DNA from: a bacterium
Lineage (GTDB): Bacteria > Patescibacteriota > Minisyncoccia > Moranbacterales > DUUL01
Assembly (NCBI GenBank): GCA_030626045.1
Contig: DAOUPS010000001.1
Coordinates: forward strand, 1-34,774
Direction of reading: 5' to 3'
Length of the DNA stretch: 34,774 nt
The position numbers were made by a program, and so were the translations under genes. The notes beneath the pieces were generated by a model. It did no database searches. It was not told the origin of the DNA and worked only from the letters and a program-made list of their open reading frames with translations. This document shows, piece by piece, positions 19,480 through 26,013 of the stretch (position 1 is its first letter; the number at the start of each line of letters is the position of its first letter).

Positions 19480-19878
19480 TCATAATTGCGCTTCTTGATT
19501 TTCATTGGCTTTATTCGACAATATCCTTCCAACTTCTTTGATTATTTCCCTCGGAGTATAATCAGATTTTGTTATGAATCCGTCAGCGCCAAGCTCAGCC
19601 GCTTTTTGTTTATCTTCTGATTGAGATAGATTAGAAAAAATGATGACTTTGATACCTTTAGTATGGGGGTTTCGTTTGATCTTCTTGAGAACCTCAAATC
19701 CATTCTCTTCCGGTAAAATGAGATCCAGCAGCACCAATTCCGGCTTTTTTACTCTAACCTTCTGAATAGCTTCTGTTCCTGTTGATGCTGTTAAAATATC
19801 ATATTTATCATCCAAAAATTTTTTCTGATAGATCTCAAGCAGCATTGGGTCGTCTTCTACAATTAAAACTTTTTTCAT
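19480..19878 (-). CDS. Receiver-only response regulator (CheY-like)
   Basis: 132 aa. KVLIVEDDP..., phospho-acceptor context LVLLDLILPEENG, conserved S/T and K (IIFSNL...KAAELGADGFITK). No output domain, and no histidine kinase in the window. Confidence 0.85.
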   Translation of the reverse strand: MKKVLIVEDDPMLLEIYQKKFLDDKYDILTASTGTEAIQKVRVKKPELVLLDLILPEENGFEVLKKIKRNPHTKGIKVIIFSNLSQSEDKQKAAELGADGFITKSDYTPREIIKEVGRILSNKANENQEAQL

Positions 19879-20096
19879 AGATTCAATTTAATTAATCTAA
19901 TTTATTGAACACAAAAGACAACAGGACATATACCAATTAAAATGCCCATAAAAAGGTTAAAATAACACCCTAAGTATACCTAAACATCTTTTTAAATGCA
20001 ACTTGCTTAAAACCGGTCAGGAAATTCTTTTCCCCGCCTATCACCTGCCCTGCCTCTATTAGCAATAGACAGAATACGAGGTTTTCGAATAAGCTC

Positions 20097-20948
20097 TTAC
20101 CTCCATTCATCGCACTTTTCAATAAAGACAGCGCATTCGCTTAGGTAGTCTTTCAACTCTCTTTTTATTCTTTTAAGTTTTTCGAGGTTTTCATATAAAT
20201 CCTCCAGATCTTTATCACTGGCACCGGCTTTTTTTGCTTTTTTAATTATTTTTTCTTGTTCGCTAATGGCTTCTTTCACTTCCTTTTTCTTTTTTTCAAT
20301 ATGTTCGCAGTTATTCTTTGATTTCAGATCACAAACTGTTACAGTTCTTAGATCCTCCTGTTTAAGCATGCTTCCAAAATGCTGGACTGATAAAAAGCTC
20401 TTCTTCCCTTCATTTTCGATCTCAACAACAGCCACGCCAATTTCCTCAAAATCAGATGACAAAATATTTTTTCGATGACCTTCACTGCCCATCCACGCAT
20501 CATGAACGCTTTGGGCTGAAAAATAACCTTCCGCTAAATTTTCGCCGACAGTTTTATAGGTATAATCCGCTTGCTCGACAAAAAACCAAGGCTGAAGACC
20601 GTCAGGGGATACGTGCTCAAAATAATTATTACTTTTCATATCATTGGCTTTCAATAACGCTGATTCCATCAACTTTTCGTTTCTTTGCAATAGAGGTAAG
20701 CCCTTTTCTTTGCGCGCTTCATTTGCTAAACTTATGATATCATTAAGTGCTCCGGAAAACTCAGCATTAGCTGTTTCATTGAAATCTGCTGTTTGTTCTA
20801 TGTTTCTTATTATCCCCGCACTGGAATTAATGCTATCGATCTGATCAACTGCACGAGGAATTTGAATATGCAGATCATAAAATTGAACTCCTGCACAAAC
20901 AAGAATGATCAACGAGCTTAACAATATTAACCGTATAATATTTTTCAT
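20097..20948 (-). CDS. Secreted or anchored CAP/SCP (YkwD-like) domain protein with a Cys-containing coiled-coil tail
   Basis: 283 aa. N-terminal hydrophobic segment, then NEARKEKGLPLL...A..KANDM....YFEH.SP.G...GENLAEGY...VHDAWMGSEGHRKNIL...EIGVAV, which is typical of the CAP superfamily. K/E-rich C-terminus with four Cys. Confidence 0.8.
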   Translation of the reverse strand: MKNIIRLILLSSLIILVCAGVQFYDLHIQIPRAVDQIDSINSSAGIIRNIEQTADFNETANAEFSGALNDIISLANEARKEKGLPLLQRNEKLMESALLKANDMKSNNYFEHVSPDGLQPWFFVEQADYTYKTVGENLAEGYFSAQSVHDAWMGSEGHRKNILSSDFEEIGVAVVEIENEGKKSFLSVQHFGSMLKQEDLRTVTVCDLKSKNNCEHIEKKKKEVKEAISEQEKIIKKAKKAGASDKDLEDLYENLEKLKRIKRELKDYLSECAVFIEKCDEWR

Positions 20949-20985
20949 CTTCCTATTTTCATGTGGTCAGTTGTTATGTAATTCG

Positions 20986-21014
20986 TTGACAAAATTATAA
21001 ACAGCACTCAAAAT
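20986..21014 (+). promoter_or_regulatory. Candidate sigma70-type promoter for the plus-strand ORF 21077..21385
   Basis: TTGACA (20986..20991), exactly 17 nt, then CAAAAT (21009..21014). The -10 is weak. Confidence 0.3.
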
Positions 21015-21076
21015 TTTAGTAAATCAGCTTGTACACAGCCTATCACTTTAGCATTATTCAATCAATAAAATTACCA

Positions 21077-21385
21077 ATGAAATTTAGAATTAACAATTCG
21101 CTCTCTCATTCGATTCCGATAATAATAAGGAGATGCGGCTATTCAAGAATTTTCGATCACCAATCACAACAAGAAAGTTTTGTGAGATTACTAACCAGAA
21201 ATCGCTATCCCAGATTCCACTTGTATGTTTCAGAGGAAGACACTGAAATTATTTTTGATTTGCATCTTGATCAAACCAGATCAAGAATTGCAGGCCAGAC
21301 CGCGCATCGAGCTGACTATGAAAGCGAAGAAGTCCGCGATGAGCTGGCAAGAATATATTTATGTGTCCAGCGTTATATTCAATAA
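21077..21385 (+). CDS. Hypothetical protein (about 102 aa from ATG 21077; ORF open from TTG 21029)
   Basis: Plus-strand ORF convergent with the DUF2207 gene. It has a candidate promoter and is followed by a bidirectional terminator. I recognise no family (contains YPRFHLYV...IFDLHLDQ). Confidence 0.4.
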   Translation: MKFRINNSLSHSIPIIIRRCGYSRIFDHQSQQESFVRLLTRNRYPRFHLYVSEEDTEIIFDLHLDQTRSRIAGQTAHRADYESEEVRDELARIYLCVQRYIQ

Positions 21386-21400
21386 TGGGATTGTTTCCAA
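21385..21400. repeat. Intergenic ATGGRA-N4-TYCC motif copy (ATGGGATTGTTTCCAA)
   Basis: Overlaps the last base of the TAA stop of the plus-strand ORF, in the convergent spacer. Confidence 0.35.
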
Positions 21401-21410
21401 CATTAAGAAC

Positions 21411-21450
21411 AAAACAGACCCGAGATATAAGATCCGGGCCTGTTCTTTTG
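21411..21450. terminator. Bidirectional intrinsic terminator between convergent genes
   Basis: AAAACAGACCCGAGAT-ATAAG-ATCCGGGCCTGTTCTTTTG. The stem is about 13 bp with one mismatch and one bulge. An A-tract lies upstream and a T-tract downstream, so it reads as hairpin plus U-run on both strands. Confidence 0.6.
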
Positions 21451-21585
21451 CAATTATAGAGACTACCAATATTTTAACTGCCCGCAAAGACCGCGCAGCC
21501 TCCCGAAAACGGAAATTCATACACGTGATAACCATAACTGGCTTCATTTATGCTTTAACTGTATTTTCATTTATTGTGTGATCAA

Positions 21586-23502
21586 TTACCAGCTGCCTCC
21601 TCCTCCGCCTCCGCCTCCTCCGCCTGAGCTTCCTCCTCCTGAAAAGCCCGAAGAGGAAGAAGATCTTGGAGGCGTTGAGACCATTCCGGCCACGGTTCCA
21701 AAGTTGTTACTTATCGAACTTGCAAACAAAGACGGACTAAAAGATTTTGATTGTGAAGCGTACCATTCCGGATCATGCGTATAGATCCCTTCAAACGCTT
21801 TCGCCCACTTATCTGCCATCCCAAGCACCATCGCATATGGAAGAACTTTTTCAAAAATATGTTCGTCTTCCTGGAACTTTACTCTGTACCGTTCCGCGGT
21901 GTGGATATATTGTTTCAATCCTTTTACGTGTCTTTCCGCCTCTATGCCATCAAACGTCTTTTTAGACATAAAGATACCGAACCAGATGTTTATTACTCCG
22001 CTTAATGGCAACCCAAATAAAAGATCAATTCTCTGCGCAGACAGGCCGAGTATAAAGCCTGCAATGATCACGACCACTCCAACGGTAATATAGATCGATC
22101 TTTTGTGTACAGTATCTTCTTCAAAATAATCAAGCGCGTCCATTTTTTCCTTGATCTTCTTTTTCGCGGATTCAACTTGAGTATAAAAATTTTTGAGTTT
22201 TGATAAAACCACTGTTTTCCCCACAGTTCTGCCAAATAGGCCGTCAAGAAGTTTCTTTTCATGGGCTGTAAGTAATTCATCGTCTTTCCACTCTTTAAGA
22301 TTTTGTAATTGGTAATCCGCAACACTTTTTGTGCTTTTCTTTCCCGGCTTGCTTTTTGAATTTAACTTAAAAACAAAAAGCATTAAGATCACAAATTCCG
22401 CGATAATAACCAAAAACAACACATAGCTGAACGATGCTTGCCAACTGTCAATCAAAAAGAAACATAGTATAATATCAAAGACAATAATCGGAATAATGAT
22501 TCCGATTATTTTTGCGATCTTTTGAATGTTTTGAAAAATTTCTTTTTTCTCGACTTCGGAAATTTTTAAATACCCCTTCACGGCGAGGTTCACAATGTCA
22601 GCGGACACAAAGTTGACCGCGTATTTTTCTTTCATTAAATATCCAATTTCCCCGGGAGTAAGATTATCAGGCGGTTCATATTGGGCGATTACTGTTCTTC
22701 CGAGATCCAGTTCTTTGCCTCGAGCGATCCACAATAACAGCATTCCGGCAAAAACAAATATCGGCAAGCCAAATCCCCAGTTGTCAATTAAAAAATAATA
22801 CAACTTTTCTTTGAATGACAGTTCTTTAACAAAAGTTGTGGGAAATTCCATGGCAATGGTTAATCCCTCATAAGGATCCAGAACATCTTTTGAAGCAAAT
22901 TTGATCTGATTGGAAGAAACAACGCTTATCGTACACTCACGCTCCCCGCCTCCATAATAACCGGTAAAACAAGCCAGTCCGTCATCTGCCAGTATTAAGT
23001 CTCTGTGTAAGTGCACTGCCACAGTCGCGTCATTTATTGTCGTGGACCATTGAGTGCCGATCGGGTTCCAATATAATTCGGAGTGATCATCAAAAAACCT
23101 TAGCCCGTTCACAACATTATATCGAATATCATAAGTTTGCCTTCCTGTCACAAGCCTGTCCGGATCTCCTATTTTTAAGACGATGCTCCCACTCTCTTTA
23201 TATTTTTTAAATATTCGGCTATTTCCATTTTCATCTGAAACAGCAAAATCATCAAGACGCAGCTTAAAATTGGTCTTTCCAAAACTTTCATATTTAACCG
23301 GAATTTTTCGAAAAATTCCATGGCGCTGTTCTGCAAAATCAACTGTAATGCGTTCTTGAACCGCAAATGTTCCGTCTTCATTGACGTTAATGTCAACGTG
23401 GTAACCATCAATAATAAACCCGCCAAGATCACTTATCGCCTGAACTTGGCTCACGCAAAAAACACAAAAAAGCAAGATTGATGTTATTATCGCTTTTTTC
23501 AT
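21586..23502 (-). CDS. DUF2207-family membrane protein
   Basis: 638 aa. Signal peptide (MKKAIITSILLFCVFCVSQVQA), a beta-rich extracytoplasmic domain, several TM helices, and the Ser/Gly tail SSSSSGFSGGGSSGGGGGGGGGGSW that I recall as characteristic of DUF2207. Confidence 0.8.
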   Translation of the reverse strand: MKKAIITSILLFCVFCVSQVQAISDLGGFIIDGYHVDINVNEDGTFAVQERITVDFAEQRHGIFRKIPVKYESFGKTNFKLRLDDFAVSDENGNSRIFKKYKESGSIVLKIGDPDRLVTGRQTYDIRYNVVNGLRFFDDHSELYWNPIGTQWSTTINDATVAVHLHRDLILADDGLACFTGYYGGGERECTISVVSSNQIKFASKDVLDPYEGLTIAMEFPTTFVKELSFKEKLYYFLIDNWGFGLPIFVFAGMLLLWIARGKELDLGRTVIAQYEPPDNLTPGEIGYLMKEKYAVNFVSADIVNLAVKGYLKISEVEKKEIFQNIQKIAKIIGIIIPIIVFDIILCFFLIDSWQASFSYVLFLVIIAEFVILMLFVFKLNSKSKPGKKSTKSVADYQLQNLKEWKDDELLTAHEKKLLDGLFGRTVGKTVVLSKLKNFYTQVESAKKKIKEKMDALDYFEEDTVHKRSIYITVGVVVIIAGFILGLSAQRIDLLFGLPLSGVINIWFGIFMSKKTFDGIEAERHVKGLKQYIHTAERYRVKFQEDEHIFEKVLPYAMVLGMADKWAKAFEGIYTHDPEWYASQSKSFSPSLFASSISNNFGTVAGMVSTPPRSSSSSGFSGGGSSGGGGGGGGGGSW

Positions 23503-23537
23503 TGCGCTATTGGATTTAGGCTAAGTGCCAGTTATAT

Positions 23538-23553
23538 TTGGAAACAGTCCCAT
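23538..23553. repeat. Intergenic ATGGRA-N4-TYCC motif copy (TTGGAAACAGTCCCAT)
   Basis: Lies 2 nt after the stop of the 114-aa gene and 35 nt upstream of the DUF2207 ATG. Confidence 0.4.
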
Positions 23554-23555
23554 AT

Positions 23556-23900
23556 TTATTGAAGTTGAGCTTCATTTTCAATTTTATCACTTGACAGATC
23601 CTCTTCGTTGTATTCACCAGGCAGGGTCTGATTAATAAGCGAGTCTAGTGTTTTCACTTCTTGTCCCAGTTCATCATTTCCGGGATCGGAGAATTCAATT
23701 TGATCTTCCGGAATAATTTCTTCTTTATTTGCTGACTCTTGTTTTTGTTGTTTCTCCTGTTGAGTCTTTTGTTGAATGGCTTGCTGCGGCGGCGATTTCC
23801 TATCTGTCTTCTTTAAAGTCACAGCAATCGACAAAACAACGATCAACAAAATTATTATTGTGATAGCCGTTACAGCAAGATAAATATTCTTTTTATCCAT
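23556..23900 (-). CDS. Single-pass membrane protein with a Gln/Glu-rich tail, function unknown
   Basis: 114 aa. One TM helix (IYLAVTAITIIILLIVVLSIAV) followed by a low-complexity Q/E/K region. Positioned as the middle gene of an apparent three-gene operon. Confidence 0.6.
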   Translation of the reverse strand: MDKKNIYLAVTAITIIILLIVVLSIAVTLKKTDRKSPPQQAIQQKTQQEKQQKQESANKEEIIPEDQIEFSDPGNDELGQEVKTLDSLINQTLPGEYNEEDLSSDKIENEAQLQ

Positions 23901-23940
23901 ATATTTTGTTTTTATATTAGTTAAATGACATTAAGTATTG

Positions 23941-24630
23941 TTAGTTGCTATCTTCTTGGCTACTGTCTTCTTCCACTTCTTCACTGCTTTTATCCTCGTA
24001 TTTTTCAGTAATTTGCTTTCTTATGTCTAATAGATCCGGCCGTATAACGGTTTGATAGTATTCTCTTACATCAAGCAATTTTGATCGTACTTCGGGAATC
24101 ATTCTTCGAGCTTCGCCAAGTTGTTTTACAAATTCACCTTCTGATTTTCCACAGGCATAATCCTGGGTGTTTTCCAGCTCACCAATAAACAGCGCGTGAG
24201 TATCATGCAGTGCCTGTATTTTTTTCTTCAAAACTACAAGATCCGCCTTTAGTTCTGCCACATCAAAGCCCTCTCTTTCAAATTTCGTTATGAACCGCTC
24301 AATGCGCGACACAAGATTATCAAATATCCTACGGTGCTGTGCTTGATTATTTTCGTAGCGCTTAATTCTAGTGTTTATTCGTGTTTCAATATTTTTACAA
24401 CGTCTTTCTCTTCTTTGTTCACGAATCTCTTCTCGCTCTTCTTTGAGCTTGGTTCTTTCATCTTTTATCTCTTCCATTATCTGCTGTCTCTCTGCGCGAA
24501 TTTGCTCTCTTTCCGCCTTAAGAGTGCTCCAGCTTGTTTCGCTTTCTGTTTCTTCCGTTGTTGCCTGAACACCTCCAAAAACAAGACACCCGCAGGCAAT
24601 CAGTATCGCTACAAATAATATTTTTTTCAT
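23941..24630 (-). CDS. Secreted coiled-coil protein, possible lipoprotein
   Basis: The ORF is open to 24681, but ATG at 24630 gives MKKILFVAILIACGCLVFGG (signal peptide with a lipobox-like LIAC). The rest is E/R/K-rich heptad-like sequence. Confidence 0.7.
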   Translation of the reverse strand: MKKILFVAILIACGCLVFGGVQATTEETESETSWSTLKAEREQIRAERQQIMEEIKDERTKLKEEREEIREQRRERRCKNIETRINTRIKRYENNQAQHRRIFDNLVSRIERFITKFEREGFDVAELKADLVVLKKKIQALHDTHALFIGELENTQDYACGKSEGEFVKQLGEARRMIPEVRSKLLDVREYYQTVIRPDLLDIRKQITEKYEDKSSEEVEEDSSQEDSN

Positions 24631-24671
24631 CGTTTCGCTTTTATTTTTTATTATAAACCATATTAATCTGC

Positions 24672-24700
24672 AGTATACCACATTATTCTTTTGGCAACAA
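24672..24700 (-). promoter_or_regulatory. Candidate extended -10 promoter for the coiled-coil / TM / DUF2207 operon
   Basis: The minus strand reads TTGTTG (24700..24695), 17 nt, then TGgTATACT (-10 at 24677..24672), about 40 nt upstream of the ATG at 24630. Confidence 0.5.
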
Positions 24701-24766
24701 TTTTTTGAAATATAGCCACAAAAATAAAATTGGATCTGTTGTTTACGATAATAAAATAAGATGGGA

Positions 24767-24795
24767 TGGACAAATCTTTGAATTTATGCGATAAT
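24767..24795 (+). promoter_or_regulatory. Candidate sigma70-type promoter of the plus-strand island
   Basis: TGGACA (24767..24772), exactly 17 nt, then GATAAT (24790..24795). Each hexamer matches consensus at 5 of 6 positions. Confidence 0.55.
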
Positions 24796-24874
24796 AGAGT
24801 GCAAAAATAAAAAACATGCGTTCTTCAAAAAAGAAATTTGCCGATGAAAATTTGTGAGAAAAAGGAGGCAAAAG

Positions 24875-25144
24875 ATGAAGCAAGCAATAGCGCCTGAGAT
24901 CAAGAATGGAAACGGAACGTTGGAATTACTGGAGAAAACAGGAGAAGGCTATGAAAATGCGAAACATATGGTTAAAAAGGCACTACGAGCACTCTCGGTA
25001 TCTTTAGAAAATATCACAAAAGATCCATTTGATACTGAGAAGATAGAAAAAGTTGAGGAACAGCAAGATACCTTGAGCACTGCTTATAGAGTGAGGAAAA
25101 AAAGTCATGTTGCCTTTCAAAACGCGAGAAGTAGAGCCGCTTGA
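24875..25144 (+). CDS. Hypothetical small helical protein (89 aa)
   Basis: ORF open from GTG 24854. ATG 24875 lies 6 nt after GGAGG (24864..24868). It has its own promoter and terminator. No family recognised. Confidence 0.6.
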   Translation: MKQAIAPEIKNGNGTLELLEKTGEGYENAKHMVKKALRALSVSLENITKDPFDTEKIEKVEEQQDTLSTAYRVRKKSHVAFQNARSRAA

Positions 25145-25174
25145 TTAGCATTGTATATGATGTGCGCATAATAA

Positions 25175-25216
25175 CAGAGGCGATTGAGATCAATCAATCG
25201 TCTCTGAAATTTTTTT
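25175..25216 (+). terminator. Intrinsic terminator
   Basis: CAGAGGCGATTGA-GATCAA-TCAATCGTCTCTG gives a 13-bp stem with one G.U, followed by AAATTTTTTT. Confidence 0.7.
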
Positions 25217-25257
25217 AAATGGTCGACTTAGAAGTAATCTCTAATAAATTTCCCGAT

Positions 25258-25286
25258 TTGACATATTTTTTTGTTTACCATAGTAT
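25258..25286 (+). promoter_or_regulatory. Candidate sigma70-type promoter
   Basis: TTGACA (25258..25263), exactly 17 nt, then TAGTAT (25281..25286). Confidence 0.55.
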
Positions 25287-25324
25287 TACATCTTAGTTAG
25301 TAAAAATAGAGGAGGACGTTGAAA

Positions 25325-25504
25325 ATGGTTCTTTCAGTAAAGTGCTCTATATGCCATTGTGAAATGAAGCTTGTCGGTGAAGCTATATTTGACGGACACG
25401 GAAGATTTATTTGCCCGCAATGCCATCAAGAAAAAAGCCTGAAGGCAAAAATATTAAGAATGGTTTTTCCGAAAAGGAGGAGAGAAATAAAATGGGCGGA
25501 GTAG
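25325..25504 (+). CDS. Small zinc-ribbon protein (59 aa)
   Basis: ATG 25325 lies 9 nt after GGAGG (25311..25315). Two CxxC pairs are present: CSIC and CPQC, in MVLSVKCSICHCEMKLVGEAIFDGHGRFICPQCH. Basic C-terminus. Confidence 0.6.
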   Translation: MVLSVKCSICHCEMKLVGEAIFDGHGRFICPQCHQEKSLKAKILRMVFPKRRREIKWAE

Positions 25505-25605
25505 AAACAGCGCATAGAACACGTGGCCACTGTATTGATTGCGGAAAAGACAATGATGTCGCCCTTGGTAAAACTGAGGGCGTCTTTTATGAGATTCAGA
25601 AGTAA
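25492..25605 (+). CDS. Candidate 37-aa protein with an HCxxC motif
   Basis: ATG 25492 follows the purine run AGGAGGAGAG (25475..25484). It overlaps the previous ORF by 13 nt, which suggests coupling. Sequence MGGVETAHRTRGHCIDCGKDNDVALGKTEGVFYEIQK. A terminator follows. Confidence 0.4.
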   Translation: MGGVETAHRTRGHCIDCGKDNDVALGKTEGVFYEIQK

Positions 25606-25628
25606 AAATCTAGCCAAGTACAAAAAAG

Positions 25629-25659
25629 AAACGCTGATGGAGAACATCAGCGTTTTTTT
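25629..25659 (+). terminator. Intrinsic terminator
   Basis: AAACGCTGATG-GAGAA-CATCAGCGTTT gives an 11-bp stem; with the following Ts the T-run is 7 nt (25553+100 numbering: 25653..25659). Confidence 0.8.
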
Positions 25660-25732
25660 CGAGTTCGTTGTAATTAAGAATCAAGATAAGATGTTCGCAA
25701 GCTCATTGGCCAAACCGTATTGTCACGGGCTG

Positions 25733-25758
25733 GCCACGTCGCTCGCGAGCGACGTGGC
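25733..25758 (-). other. 26-nt perfect GC-rich palindrome forming the tRNA-Gln 3' trailer hairpin
   Basis: GCCACGTCGCTCG|CGAGCGACGTGGC. Its last four plus-strand bases are the complement of the encoded discriminator plus CCA of the tRNA. No U-run follows on the minus strand. Confidence 0.5.
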
Positions 25759-25829
25759 TGGGGAGGAGGGATTCGAACCCCCGGATCACAGGATCAAAAC
25801 CTGCTGCCTTACCGCTTGGCTACTCCCCA
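25755..25829 (-). tRNA. tRNA-Gln (anticodon UUG), CCA encoded
   Basis: The minus strand reads TGGGGAGTAGCCAAGCGGTAAGGCAGCAGGTTTTGATCCTGTGATCCGGGGGTTCGAATCCCTCCTCCCCAGCCA. The 7-bp acceptor stem has U1-A72 as in bacterial tRNA-Gln. The D arm is GCC/GGC and the anticodon stem is GCAGG/CCTGT with loop TTTTGAT. The T arm is GGGGG-TTCGAAT-CCCTC and the discriminator is G. Closely resembles E. coli tRNA-Gln. Confidence 0.92.
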
Positions 25830-25842
25830 ATGTTATTTTACT

Positions 25843-25908
25843 GCCCCGCCTCCTCGGCGGGTCGCCGATGAGGCGACTGCCCGTCCGAAGCTTTAGCGCA
25901 GGCGGGGC
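25843..25908 (-). other. 66-nt GC-rich stem-loop in the tRNA-Gln 5' leader; candidate structured RNA
   Basis: Closing stem GCCCCGCCT (25843..25851) pairs with AGGCGGGGC (25900..25908). An inner hairpin is GTCGCC-GATGA-GGCGAC, and a competing local hairpin is CCGCC-TCCTC-GGCGG. 50 of 66 nt are G/C in an AT-rich genome. It lies between the candidate promoter (25974..26002) and the tRNA. Confidence 0.4.
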
Positions 25909-25973
25909 TACTCCCCAATATTATTCAAATAATTTTCCAGCTTATTTATATAGCACAAAGAAATGCAAATAAG

Positions 25974-26002
25974 ATTCTATATCAGAATCTCGCCAATGTC
26001 AA
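25974..26002 (-). promoter_or_regulatory. Candidate sigma70-type promoter for the tRNA-Gln transcript
   Basis: The minus strand reads TTGACA (26002..25997), exactly 17 nt, then TAGAAT (25979..25974). It starts 11 nt after the pgk stop. Confidence 0.55.
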
Positions 26003-26013
26003 TTAAGGCAATG

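Noticed and set aside
20018-20036. GGAAA-N-TTTCC palindrome (CAGGAAATTCTTTTCCCC) as another copy of the ATGGRA-N4-TYCC motif
   Set aside because: The half-site spacing differs and the flanking AT is missing. Counting it would inflate the motif family.
20068-20078. Shared 11-mer CAATAGACAGA between 20068 and 33487
   Set aside because: A single 11-nt match between two sites in 35 kb of AT-rich DNA is expected by chance, and there is no extended similarity.
21578-21784. Plus-strand ORF encoding a poly-proline run (PPPPPPPPPP)
   Set aside because: It is the antisense reading of the poly-Gly/Ser C-terminal tail of the DUF2207 gene (GGN codons read as NCC on the other strand).
25830-25925. Mn (yybP-ykoY) riboswitch suggested by GGGGAGUAGC on the minus strand
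   Set aside because: The match is fully explained by duplication of the tRNA-Gln 5' end. The conserved 3' half of the riboswitch is absent, and the downstream gene is a tRNA.
25523-25972. 149-aa plus-strand ORF
   Set aside because: It runs through an intrinsic terminator, the tRNA-Gln gene and the GC-rich leader element. It is an artefact of GC-rich non-coding sequence lacking stops.
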